From positions 361,026,001 to 361,090,000 of the forward strand of contig OZ024741.1 of the NCBI GenBank assembly GCA_964016885.1: a stretch of DNA of 64,000 nucleotides. The letters run 5' to 3'. Source of the DNA: Eledone cirrhosa. Taxonomy: Eukaryota. Numbering within the stretch: position 1 is the first letter of the stretch; each line of letters starts with the position of its first letter. Both the position numbers and the translations under genes were made by a program. The notes below the pieces were generated by a model. That model was not told the DNA's origin, made no database searches, and worked only from the letters and a program-made list of their open reading frames with translations. Of this stretch, positions 52,134 to 64,000 are shown in pieces.

Positions 52134-52474
52134 AATTATATGGTGTTGTTTATTACATAATTAAATAGCTCTGTACTATAGAGCATTCTTCTTTCCTTTA
52201 CCTTTTCTACGGAAATACTTTAGTGCCTTTGCTCACTATAAAAGCTTCACGGCACAGGCATTGCTTTATATCTGGAGATCTCTCTGCACTTGTCGTCACA
52301 TGGTACCATGGGCCCAGCACTATGTGTCAGTAATTGTCACAAGTGCAGTGTTTGTACCAGAGTTTTCAAGTCGCTGGCTGGACTAAAAAGTCACACTCGT
52401 TCAGCGCATCGGTAGGGGTTCTCCTACATGGATATAAAGTAGTGGCCGTATGCGAAAATGAGTTGGCAGCCACC

Positions 52475-52475
<1 letters not shown>

Positions 52476-52556
<81 letters not shown>

Positions 52557-52571
52557 ATATATGTATGTATG

Positions 52572-52645
<74 letters not shown>

Positions 52646-52664
52646 CATACATATATATATATAT
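52476..52664. repeat. (TA)n/(TATG)n microsatellite
   Basis: Read directly. Similar tracts at 23779-23880, 25740-25853, 28816-28952, 49492-49531, 58590-58626 and 62500-62584. Confidence 0.95.
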
Positions 52665-53455
52665 GGCAAAACATAAACGAACTAAGGAAAAAATTAGAAA
52701 TAAGAGGGATCAGATGTTGTTTACTCGAGAGAAGGCTATGTTGGTATGGTCATGTGATGCGCATGAAAGACGATAGCTGTATAACAAAGTGCAGGGCAAT
52801 AAAGATAGACGGTTGCCACGGAATAGGCAGACCCAGAAAAACCTGGGACGAGCTGATAAATTCCGACCTCACACACTTACACCTCTCCAAGACAATGTCA
52901 CTGGACCGAGACCTTTGGCGGTACTCAGTAATAGAGAAGACCCGCCTTACCTAAATACAAAGTAAAACCTACTACAGTCAGTAGGCATCTCTAACAAAAT
53001 ACACCCCCCGTCCCACCACCCCCACTCAATCCACACCGCCCCTTTCAATGTAAAGTTATGTTGGTGCCACAAAATCCAGGCCAAAACAAATGAGATCGTG
53101 TAGGTGTCACGACAAAAAAACACACAGTCCACGCTGTAATGTGACCGTGTAGGCAACACGGTAAAAACCTCCCAGTCCCACACTGTAAATGTGATTGGTG
53201 TTAGGAAGGGCATCCAGCTGTAGAAAACCCGCCAGACAGTCCACGCTGTAATGTGGCCGTGTAGGCAACACGGTAAAAACCTCCCAGCCCCACACTGTAA
53301 ATGTGGTTGGTGTTAGGAAGGGCATCCAGCTGTAGAAAACCCGCCAGATAGTCCTATGCGAGCAAGATAATCACTCTTGCCTCAAGTGGGAAAACCCCCG
53401 TCCAAACCCATGCAAGCGTGGAACACGGACGTTAAACGTTGATGATGATGATGAT
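52665..53455 (+). mobile_element. RTE subfamily B, 5'-truncated
   Basis: C-terminal ORF ending EKTRLT, 3' UTR and (GAT)n. (TA)n on both sides. Confidence 0.93.
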
Positions 53456-53465
53456 ATATATATAT

Positions 53466-53910
53466 AATGCTGCATGGTAGTGAGACATGGGCAGCAACTG
53501 CAGAGGATATGCGACGGCTAGAGAGAAATGAGGCAAGCATGCTCCGTTGGATGTGCAGTGTAAATGTGCGTGAATAACCCAGAATAAATGTGTTGAGAGA
53601 GAAACTGTGTCTGAGAGGGATAGAATGTAGTGTACGGGAGAGGAGACTGAGGTGGTATGGACATGTGATGCGCATAGAGGATGACCGATGGGTAAAGAAG
53701 TGCCAGGAAATGCCAGTTGAAGGAAGACGTAGTAGAGATAGACCACAAAAAACATGGGCGGAGGTGGTGAGAACAGACCTCAGATCATTGAAGCTCACGG
53801 TAGAGATGACGAAGGACCGTGACGAGTGGAGAGATGCTGTGCTGAATAAGACCTGTCCCACCCTTGCATGCAGGGAAAAGCGGACGTAAAATGATGATGA
53901 TGATGATGAT
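53466..53910 (+). mobile_element. RTE subfamily C, 5'-truncated
   Basis: ORF 53590-53889 ends KTCPTLACREKRT-stop directly at the (GAT)n tail. Confidence 0.92.
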
Positions 53911-53919
53911 ATATATATG

Positions 53920-53954
<35 letters not shown>

Positions 53955-54283
53955 GGAGGCACATGGCTTAGTGGTTAGAGCATTGGCCTTGCAATCGAAA
54001 GGTTGTGAGTTCAATTCTCAGATCGGGTGATGTGTTGTTTCCTTGAGCAAGACACTTTATTTCACATTGCACCAGTTTACTCAGCTGTAGAAATGATATG
54101 ATAGGGACTGGGGTCCATATCATTCCACTGCAAAGTGGTCGTGGAGGTGCCACGGCAAAAAAGCACCTAGCACTCACTGTAAATGGGAGTGCTGATGAAA
54201 TCAAGCCAGAATCAGTTCCCGTCCCACCCTTGCAAGCAGGGAAAAAGCGGACGTAAAAATGAAATGATGATGAAATGATGATG
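53955..54283 (+). mobile_element. SINE family 2 copy
   Basis: Near-identical to 44580-44920 with a small internal deletion. Flanked by (TA)n. Confidence 0.9.
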
Positions 54284-54329
<46 letters not shown>

Positions 54330-54524
54330 CATCATCATCCTCATCATCATCATCATCGTTTAATGTCCATCTTCCACGCTAGCATGGGTTAGACGGGAGT
54401 TGTCCCAATTTGAGGCAAGGTTGGTTGGGTGACCGTGTCTCGCTCATATAGGACTATCTGGCAGGTTTTCTACAGCTGGATGCTTTTCCTAACACCAACC
54501 ATATTTACATATATATATATAAAT

Positions 54525-57505
54525 GACTAAAATAATCACTCTAGAGGAGTTAACCTCAATGACAAAAAATCCTCGAGCCAGGGTCATGGTGAAGTCATGG
54601 GGAGCAGCATGGCAAATGTGAAGTTCGGCATATTGATCTTCATTCGACATATGATCTTTATTTAGTGAAATTACACAATGCAGTCAGGGTCGAAGAGCCT
54701 CTTCAACCAATGGACAGCCAAGAGTCAACCAATCCAGTTAGTGGATTACTGTCAATTGATAGAACTGGTGATTCATCAACTCACTTCAGCCACTTGAAAA
54801 CATTATGAAGTTCTCAAACAGCACCACAGTTAAAGCCCATGCTTCTTAGGCCAATGCCAGAAACTCATCTTTCTCTGGGTCAGATGATACTTCTGCATTT
54901 ATTGACAACTGTGTTCCAAATCTAAATAGAAGATCATGCCTGATCCTCCACCCAAGTAAGTCCTTTCAAGACCCTCAGATACATTCATCATGTCTACACT
55001 TAACTGCAGATCATTCTCAAGCATCTCATCAAAAGCAGAACTAGATAAATTCATGGATAGCTTTGACATCTCAGTCATATGGATCCAAGAACATTGATTA
55101 AAGCACATTCAAGATTCTCCAGATATTATTGTATACAACCTTCGTAGAAATACCCACAACTTCAGCCACTACAAACATCCAAGGTGCAGGCACTGGTGGA
55201 GTTGGAATTGTTGTCAGATCTTCACTGCAACCCTTAGTTACATCAGTTCATAAAGTCAACCATCAAATTATTTTAATGGAAATCAAAAAACCTATATCAT
55301 CTCATACTCTTCTCTTCAGAAATTGAAGAGTTTTACAATGTATCCTTTACTGATACTAGTGGTGAACATCTTGATTTTGTCAACCTTAATCTAATTATTG
55401 GTAATATTTCCTTCCAAAAACCTTGAAAAAAGTTGTGGATGTGGGGATCTCCAAGAGGTGATTTAACTCAAATTAACTTTTGTGTCCACTGCAAAAGATG
55501 GTGCAACAGCATCAAGGACTGCCAGGCTTTCAGCACATCTCACCCTAAGAGAGGTAACCATCGTATTGTATCAAAACAAATCCAATTGAGTGTTCAAAAG
55601 CCAAAACTTGTATCTCATAAATACCTCAACTGACATACAATTAAAGATAATCCAACAATAGCCAGAAATATTGACAACACAATTGTACAATCTCATAAAA
55701 ATAAAGCTTTCTCCGAAACCAACTTCCAAACCTGCTACTATTGATCACATTTAAGTTTTCTGCACATGTAAAGCAACTCACAGATCAAATGTCAACAAAC
55801 TAACTGCAGCTCAAATAAACCATTGCCAAACATTCAATGGATGCAAAAAAGAGAGAATTAATAACCTTTTAAAGTTATTTGAAAGTACCACCATGGGTGA
55901 GCATGTACAAGCATGGAAACTTGTATGTGAGCTTTCTGGGAAAAAGTCTGGAGCCACTTTCATCCAAGGTAATGACAGACTGAATACCTGGAAAACACAC
56001 TTCTCTAAGCTTCTGAACTCAGGTAACAATCAACCCTATGACAATACAGTCATCAATCCTCTTTTTGAACAAAATCCTATAAGTTGAGATCTATTTTCAC
56101 ATGCTGAGGTTGACACTGACATTAAACAGATGAAACTTGGAAAGGTACCTGGCCTTGATGAGTTCTGAAGGCAACGCTCTACAGGGGAGGAGACCTCCAG
56201 AATGGGGGTATGTCTGGCATCATTCCCATTCCTTAGAAGGGCAACTTGACCATACCTGATAGTTACCAAGGGATCTCTATCTCCCAGATTGCTGCAAAAC
56301 TATACAATCGTCTTTTATTGAATTATTTGCACCCTGTTCTTGATCCTCTTCTCCAACCAAATCAAAATCAGGTCAACACCTTCACAAATCTTAACCCTGC
56401 AAAGGTTGAGTGAGGAGATTTGAAATCACAACAAAGAAGCCGTACTAATCTTCATCGACTTTTGTAAGGCATTTTATTTCATCAACAAGAATGTTATGTT
56501 CAGATGGTGTTCTGGATTTCATTGTTGAAACCATCAAATGCATGTATGTTGATACCTCATCTATAGTGCTTATTCCCGAAGGAGAAACTGATTCATTTGA
56601 GGTGAACACGACTCCTACAAAGTGATCCTTTGGCTTCCCTTTTCTTCATTGTAACTCTGGATACAATTGTAACTCAGAGAAGTGTCATAACATTGCCAGA
56701 TGGAGTTATGCTCAAAAGACATCAGAGCTCACGCTAGCCAGCAGAGCCGCTTGCAGAATTTGCATTTCCAGAAGATATCTACCTTCTTAAAGACAACTTG
56801 CCAGCAACCCAGGATATACTCCATCACATTGAGAGAGCTACCCACGCACTTGGTTTGTTCTTGAATGCATCGAAAATGAAGTACATGTACCTAAACCCAT
56901 CCATCACGCCTCCTTTGTGTTCACTTAATGGAACCAAAATAAAAAACGTTGAAGAGTTCAAGTACTTGAGTGGTTCACCAACACTTCTTTTGATATTTCA
57001 ATCTGAATTGGTGAAATATGGGGAGCTCTCCCGTCTCTTTGTAAAGTCTGGACAGCACCAATCAATCAATCCACCAAAATCAGAGTATTCATAGCCACTC
57101 TGGAATCAATCCTTCTTTATGACTTGGAGTCATGGATCCTGGCATCTGCATCGACAAAAAAGATGGATGGTAACTACACCTGTCTCTTGCATACTGCCCT
57201 TAATATCTCTTGGCAGTCACACAATTAACAAAATCTTATATGACCATCTTACAAAGATTTCAAGTTCCATAAGAAAGCATTGTCTAGCTCTTGCTGGACA
57301 TGTAATGAGACACAGGGAAGCTGCTGTGAGAGTTCTGTTATGGTCCTCTAACATCACTTGTAGACAGTCACCTAAACCTGACCCTCAAGAAAATCACTGA
57401 ATAACAAGTTGAACTACACAGTTGTGTCTTGATGAATGCGATACATAGAGGAACCTCATAATGTCACCAATTGGAGTTGACACTAATAAATAATAATAAA
57501 TATAG
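54525..57505 (+). mobile_element. Old, near full-length RTE-clade LINE of a different family (APE endonuclease plus RT, decayed)
   Basis: MSTLNCRSFS...DISVIWIQEH and GGVGIVV (APE), IFIDFCKAF, LQSDPLASLFFIV, KNVEEFKYL, LALAGHVMRH and (AATA)n tail. Many stops. Confidence 0.85.
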
Positions 57506-58224
57506 GCTAAGGGAGTAAAGCCCTATAGGAAATCCGGGGATGCTAAGGCAGATATGTACTGTTATACTTGACCCACAGTCAGTAGGCACCTCTTAACCAA
57601 TTATACACCCCAACCCACTACCCCTACCCCATCAACACCACCCCTTTCTCTGTAAAGTTATGTTAGTACCACAACATCCAGTCCTAAATAAATGAGGTTG
57701 TGTAGGTGTCACAACAAAAAAACACACAATCCACACCATAATGTGGCCATGTAGGTAACACAGTAAAAACCTCCCAGTTCCACACTGTAAACGTGGTTGG
57801 TGTTAGGAGGGGCATTCAGCTGTAGAAAACCTGCCAGATGGCCCTATACGAGCGAGACATGGTCACCCAACTAATCTTGCCTCAAGTAGGACAATTCCCG
57901 TCTACACCCATGCTAGCGTGGAAGATAGACATTAAACATTGATGATGATGATACTTGACCAGTGTCTGGCATCCCCTGCAACTTCATGGATGTTTCAAAC
58001 ACATTGACTTGGTATTCCTATGTAGCATGTTCATGTGAGTGGAGAGGTATTAAGTTTACTTTGGACTAGGCACTTGCTTTTGATATCAGCATAAGTACAT
58101 GACAATAGCAACAAATATTTAAGTGGCATACAGAAATAGAGATGACACTTCATCACTCCACAAGTGGCAACAACACAGAAAGAGAAAGTTGCTGGTTATA
58201 AGCTTCCTTTATTGTCACAAAGGT

Positions 58225-58510
58225 GGTGGGGATCACCATGGGTCGCTTTTAATAGATATGATTTTAACATTGTGACAGCTCCAAGAAAAATGCAGAGAGC
58301 AGAGGAACCCATCATATATTGCATTTGTTAACTGAAAAAAAGCTTCCATGCAGCCAGCTGACAGGCCCTTTACAAGGTTTTGAAAAGGATTGGCTGTCCT
58401 CCTACTCTTCTTAAATTGGCTGCTTCTTTCCATGAAGATATATATGCCTGTATACAGTTCAATGGGAGCACATCTGAGTATTTGAAGTCAAGAATGGAGT
58501 AAAACAAAGT
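58225..58510 (+). mobile_element. RTE RT fragment
   Basis: QLQEKCREQRNPSYIAFVN..KAS, GCPPTLL and VKNGVKQ motifs. Confidence 0.7.
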
Positions 58511-58585
58511 TGGTGGTGAAGAATTAAGACATTACCATCTCTATATGACAGCTAATCACCGACAAAAAGAGACGCCCCACCACAA

Positions 58586-58630
<45 letters not shown>

Positions 58631-58965
58631 ATACAATAACAGAGATAGCTTAAAGCTAAACTCCGACTGGTAACCATCTCACTCAACAAACATTAGGTTA
58701 TATGTTAGTATAAACCCAATTTAGGTGTTTGGGGTGCTAACTATATGCATTTTGTGGAAAGCCAGTTGTATTATTTTATCAGATATAATTAAAGTTAAAA
58801 TATATCTCTCTTTCCAAACAATTGTTTCATTATAAGTTTTCTACAAATTGGGAGAATGTTTCCAGTTTATGTAGAAGCCTAACATATATTCATGTAAGAA
58901 TATATTTAGGTGGGTACTTATAAATCTTCAGTGGAAGCCCATTAAACTTTGATATAAAAAAAAAT

Positions 58966-59040
58966 TCTTACCGCAGTTAAAAATCGTGTCTGCTAAGCTG
59001 CTCCTTGACGCATCGAATGACCGCCAAATTTGAAATTCCA
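58966..59040 (-). promoter_or_regulatory. Candidate core promoter and short non-coding first exon (possibly of the ARL gene)
   Basis: Locally CpG-rich non-repeat patch. Minus strand reads TTTCAAATTTGGCGG (CHR/E2F-like), TCATTC (Inr-like, 59020-59015), then G|GTAAGA donor at 58971. Confidence 0.4.
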
Positions 59041-59396
59041 GCAGTTTTTGACTGAGGAAGTATCATAGAGTCACTAAACGGGAAAGGGAGACAACCACGA
59101 TTCACGAGAAAATAAAATAATAAACACGTGGGTTAATTAGTTTTTTCAATCCAACGTGTTAAGAACTCAATTGAAATTAAAAAAATAAATGTATGCGTGT
59201 ATTAATTACACACGCATATAGATATTTTCTTAGGCTAAAAACAGAAGTGATACCCCAATAACGTGCCGCATCTCAAACCGTAGCAAATACAGAAAGTTAC
59301 GCTTTAAAAAGCGATTGGGAATGTAAATCTCTGGCCAAATTAAGAGTAAAATATTTAATACACGCGGGTTAATTAGTTATTTCAAAACTAATATCA

Positions 59397-61171
59397 ATTG
59401 TTATACTTGGGGAGGGTCATATTTGTGTAATATTGCCAGAATTAATAACAGAACACACTCACTGTTTGGTTGGTTTTCGCTTCTCGCTGTCTTTTATATC
59501 GGTAATCTAACTTACTCGGTCCTCAATGTTACCATTGACTGACCGACGGTCAAAAATAATTGTTTCTACTTTAGGCACAAGGCCAGCAATTACCCAGTAC
59601 GGTCAAAAATAATACAGATACAATATAGATACAAACACATATATATAGTTTATCATAAATCTTTCGTTGCACATCTGCAACATCGTCAGTGGTGTTATAT
59701 TTTCCTCCTGTTGTGTTGTATGTCTACGCCATTTTTGTGTATGTATTTATTTATTTATTGTGCTTGTGTATGTATTTATTTATTTATCTTATTTTATTTA
59801 CTTATTTATACTTCTCTTAGGTCAGTGTTGTTTAATAATATTCTGATCGCAGATTTGGTACGAGTGATGAAGAATGTGTCCCGCATGTGCGACCCAACAG
59901 AAATGGAAAGACACATCCAACACTTCATCAACCGCATGCAGTTCTCTGGCTACAACCAAAGAGACAGAGTCAGAGTATACGAAGGAGCCATGGAAAAGTA
60001 TAAGACCCTCATAGAACTGGACATGAAAGAAATTTGCCTATTATACAGGAGCAAATCATGGAATAGCTTAGATAGGGCTAGACATAAGATAGGGAAAGCC
60101 ACCTCATGGTACGACAACCAGAGATACCAGAGTGTCATGTTTGTGGACGCCACCCCTGGAGGGAAATTAGCTAACCAGTGTAGAAAGGCCCTGAGAAAGA
60201 CCCACTTAAAAATAAAGGTGGTAGAAAAGCCAGGGACCACCATAAAATCCCTGATCAGCAAAACCTACCCTTTTAAGAAAACCCACTGTACCAATAGGAA
60301 ATGTATCATATGTAAGGTGAACCCCCGGATAAACTGTAAAACTAGAAACGTAGTCTATAACATAAGATGTACAGAGGGTACTTGCAGAAACATGACAACA
60401 ACATACATAGGTGAGACAGCTCGTAGCATAGGTGAAAGGATAGACCAACACTGGGGGGGGGGGGGGGACTAAAAGGACGAAAAAACGGGTCAGTACTATA
60501 CGAACATGCTAGACAACAACATGACGGTAACATAGAAACATAGAAATTAGAATAATATCTAAACATAGAAATGACCCAGCAGATAGGCAAATCAGAGAGG
60601 CCAGTGAAATAGAAATTAGAAGACCAAGGCTAAACAGAAAGAATGAATAGAATAACAACACCCAAACAAACAACACTGACCTAAGAGAAGTATAAATAAG
60701 TAAATAAAATAAGATAAATAAATAAATAAATACATACACAAGCACAATGACAACAAGCACATAAACACACACTAGTCACCCATCACACAGCAAACAACAC
60801 TATACACACACGCAAACGCATGCGCAAAGAAGACAAAATAAAATAAACAAACAAGCAAATAAATAAATAAATATATAGACAGACTGAATAAAAAATGGCG
60901 TAGACATACAACACAACAGGAGGAAAATATAACACCACTGACGATGTTGCAGATGTGGAACGAAAGATTTATGATAAACTATATATATGTGTTTGTGTCT
61001 ATATTGTATCTGTATTATTTTTGACCGTCGGTCAGTCAATGGCAACATTGAGGACCGAGTAAGTTAGATTACCGATATAAAAGACAGCGAGAAGCGAAAA
61101 CCAACCAAACAGTGAGTGTGTTCTGTTATTAATTCTGGCAATATTACACAAATATGACCCTCCCCAAGTAT

Positions 61172-61177
<6 letters not shown>
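59397..61177 (+). mobile_element. Penelope-like element, 5'-truncated, with inverted pseudo-LTRs
   Basis: RT thumb/linker plus GIY-YIG endonuclease (NVVYNIRC...YIGETARSIGERIDQH, RQIREASEI..LNRKNE), frameshifted at a G-run near 60460. 59397-59833 is the reverse complement of 60668-61177. Confidence 0.92.
60927..60992 (+). ncRNA. Hammerhead-like motif in the Penelope pLTR (second copy at 59634-59697, minus)
   Basis: CTGACGA-T-GTTGCA-GATG-TG(C/G)AAC-GAAA-G..C-TA. Stem II is perfect in the left copy; stem I is unclear. Confidence 0.55.
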
Positions 61178-61201
<24 letters not shown>

Positions 61202-61203
<2 letters not shown>

Positions 61204-62277
61204 CATCATCATCATCGTTTAACGTCCATGTTCCACGCTTGCATGGGTTTGGACAGGAGTTTTCCCACTTGAGGCAAGAGTGGTTGTCTTGCTCGCATAG
61301 GACTGTCTGGCGGGTTTTCTACAGTTGGATGCCCTTCCTAACACCAACCACATTTACAGTGTGGGGCTGGGAGGTTTTTACCGTGTTGCCTACACGGCCA
61401 CATTACAGCGTGGACTGTCTGGCGGGTTTTCTACAGCTGGATGCCCTTCCTAACACCAACCACATTTACAGTGTGGGACTGGGAGGTTTTTACCGCGTTG
61501 CCTACACGGTCACATTACAGCGTGGACTGTGTGTTTTTTTGTCGTGACACCTACACGATCTCATTTGTTTCGGCCTGGATTTTGTGGCACCAACATAACT
61601 TTACATTGAAAGGGGCGGTGTGGATGGGGTGGGGGTGGTGGGACGGGGGTGTATTTTGTTAGAGATGCCTACTGACTGTAGTAGGTTTTACTTTGTATTT
61701 AGGTAAGGCGGGTCTTCTCTATTACTGAGTACCGCCAAAGGTCTCGGTCCAGTGACATTGTCTTGGAGAGGTGTAAGTGTGTGAGGTCGGAATTTATCAG
61801 CTCGTCCCAGGTTTTTCTGGGTCTGCCTACTCCGTGGCTACCGTCTATCTTTATTGCCCTGCACTTTGCTATACAGCTGTCGTCTTTCATGCGCATCACG
61901 TGACCATACCAACGTAGCCTTCTCTCGAGTAAACAACATCTGATCCCTCTTATTTCTAATTTTTTCCTTAGTTCGTTTATGCTTTGCCGTTCACGTATAT
62001 TATTATTACACATCCAGCGGAGCATGCAAGCTTCGTTCCTCTCTAGTCTGCGTATATCCTCTGCACACAATGCCCAGGTCTCACTGCCATGCAACATTGC
62101 TGTTCGTATGCAGGCATCATACAACCTGCCTTTCATTTTTAGGGAGAATCCTTTAGCGGCTAATAGTGGTATAAGCTCTCTGAACTTTTTCCATCCAGTT
62201 CTGACTCTAGCTACTGTACTTTCAGAGCACCCTGCCCCACTGCTGATTTTGTCACCCAGGTAACGGAAGCTGTCCAA
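61202..62277 (-). mobile_element. RTE subfamily B, 5'-truncated young copy
   Basis: Open ORF from FRYLGD to EKTRLT (61699-62277), 3' UTR and (GAT)n. (TA)n on both sides. Confidence 0.95.
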
Positions 62278-62284
62278 TATATAT

Positions 62285-62492
62285 ATCATCATCATCATCA
62301 TCACCGTTTTACGTCCGTTCTTCCACGCTAGCATGGGTTAGACGGGTTGTCCTGTTGTGGGCAGTGTCTGGTCGGCTGACCATGCCTTGCTCATACAGGG
62401 GCTGATCTGGCTTGATTTCTACAGCTGGATGCCCTTCCTAACACCAACCTCATTTACAGTGAGTGCTGGGTGCTTTTTCGTGGCGCCTATAC
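62285..62492 (-). mobile_element. RTE subfamily A 3' end
   Basis: Near-identical to 3051-3260. Lies between (TA)n tracts. Confidence 0.9.
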
Positions 62493-62523
62493 GTTTATGT
62501 ATATATATATATATGTATATATA

Positions 62524-62584
<61 letters not shown>

Positions 62585-62587
<3 letters not shown>

Positions 62588-64000
62588 TCATCATCATCAT
62601 CATCATCATCAACGTTTAACGTCCGTGTTCCACGCTTGCATGGGTTTGGACGGGGGTAGTCCCACTTGAGGCAAGAGTGATTGTCTTGCTCGCATAGGAC
62701 TGTCTGGCAGGTTTTCTACAGTTGGATGCCCTTCCTAACACCAACCACATTTACAGTGTGGGTCTGGGAGGTTTTTACCGTGTTGCCCACACGGCCACAT
62801 TACAGCGTGGACTGTGTGTTTTTTTGTCGTGACACCTACACGATCTCATTTGTTTCGGCCTCGATGGCGCGGCACCAACATAACTTTACATAGAACGGGG
62901 TGGTGTGGATCGGGTGGGGGTGGTGGTGGTGGGACGGGGTGTATTTTGTTAGAGATGCCTACTGGCTGGAGTAGGTTTTACTATATATTTAGGTAAGGCG
63001 GGTCTTCTCTGTTACTGAGTACCGCCAAAGGTCTCGGTCCAGTGACATTGTCTTGGAGAGGTGTAAGTGTGTGATGTCGGAGTTTATCAGCTCGTCCCAG
63101 GTTTTTCTAGGTCTGCCTATTCCGTGACTACCGTCTATCTTTATTGCCCTGCACTTTGTTATACAGCTATCGACTTTCATGCGCATCACGTGTCCATACC
63201 AACGTAGCCTTCTCTCGAGTAAACAACATCTGATCCCTCTTATCTCTAATTTTTTCCTTAGTTCGTTTATGCTTTGCCGTTCACGTATATTACTGTTACA
63301 CATCCAGCGGAGCATGCAAGCTTATATCCTCTGCACACAATGCCCAGGTCTCACTGCCATGCAGCATTGCTGTTCGTATGCAGGCATCGTACAACCTGCC
63401 TTTCATTTTTAGTGAGAACCCTTTAGCAGCTAATAGTGGTATAAGCTCTCTGAACTTTTTCCAACCAGTTCTGACTCTAGCTACAGTACTTTCAGAGCAC
63501 CCTCCCCCACTGCTGATTTTATCGCCCAGGTAACGGAAGCTGTCCACTATTTCTATAGAACCCTCTGCGCAATTGAAAGAGCTAGTAGTTTGTGGGCACT
63601 TGCTGCTACTTATTGCACCAGAGCACCGGCCACATGTAAAATCTATGTTCTTAGTTAGCTTACCTGTGATCCCACTACATCTTTTATGCACCCATACTTT
63701 GCATTTAGGACATAAAATGGAGTTTCTACCTACGCCTTTCCTACACACCGAGCACGACCATTTCCCAGAAGGGACCGCCGCCTTGTTTTCTTTCCTACAA
63801 ACTAGTACTTTGGTCTTAGCCAGGTTAATTTTAAGTCCTTTTGACTCTAGGCCGTGCTTCCATGTTTGGAATTTCTTCTCTAGCTCGGCCATTGATTCCG
63901 CTATGAGTGTCAGGTCGTCTGCGTATAGGAGTTCCCATGGGCAGCCTGTCTTGAACTCCTCTGTTATAGCCTGAAGGGCAATAATAAATAGTAGTGGACT
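62585..64000 (-). mobile_element. RTE subfamily B, running off the window end
   Basis: YADD at about 63915-63926, C4HC3 finger, a deletion of about 19 bp near 63322, 3' UTR and (GAT)n tail. Confidence 0.95.

Noticed and set aside
54600-54725. HDV-like ribozyme at the 5' end of the old RTE
   Set aside because: Only a P4/CCAAT-like part is visible; the P1/P3 pseudoknot could not be built.
62860-62990. Cluster of substitutions in an RTE-B UTR suggesting RNA editing
   Set aside because: The changes are mixed transversions near a G-rich tract, more consistent with low sequence quality than with A-to-I editing.

Overview
AT-rich, microsatellite-dense animal genomic DNA, most likely an octopod cephalopod (inferred from the SINE/RTE repertoire, not proven). 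Two host genes are visible: the last two coding exons of DPY30 (+ strand, separated by a 12.3-kb intron full of transposons) and a complete four-coding-exon, 200-aa divergent ARF/ARL-family GTPase (- strand, 46322-31119) with a candidate promoter and first exon near 59000. The rest is mostly mobile DNA: at least three subfamilies of an RTE-type LINE whose reverse transcriptase carries an internal C4HC3 (PHD-type) zinc finger and which inserts into (TA)n tracts; older RTE, CR1 and CRE-like fragments; a decayed RepHel Helitron plus non-autonomous Helitrons; a mariner-type transposase relic; TTAA (piggyBac-type) and hAT-type MITEs; two tRNA-derived SINE families; a headless non-coding retroposon arrayed in (CATA)n; and a Penelope-like GIY-YIG element with inverted pLTRs. 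The most notable observations are the PHD-in-RT architecture, several hammerhead-ribozyme motifs in snap-back (inverted) pLTR-like remnants, a SINE whose tail is a mosaic of two LINE subfamilies, an apparently spliced POLD1 fragment, and the atypical GTPase motifs. Everything was read by eye; no database searches were run and element boundaries are approximate.
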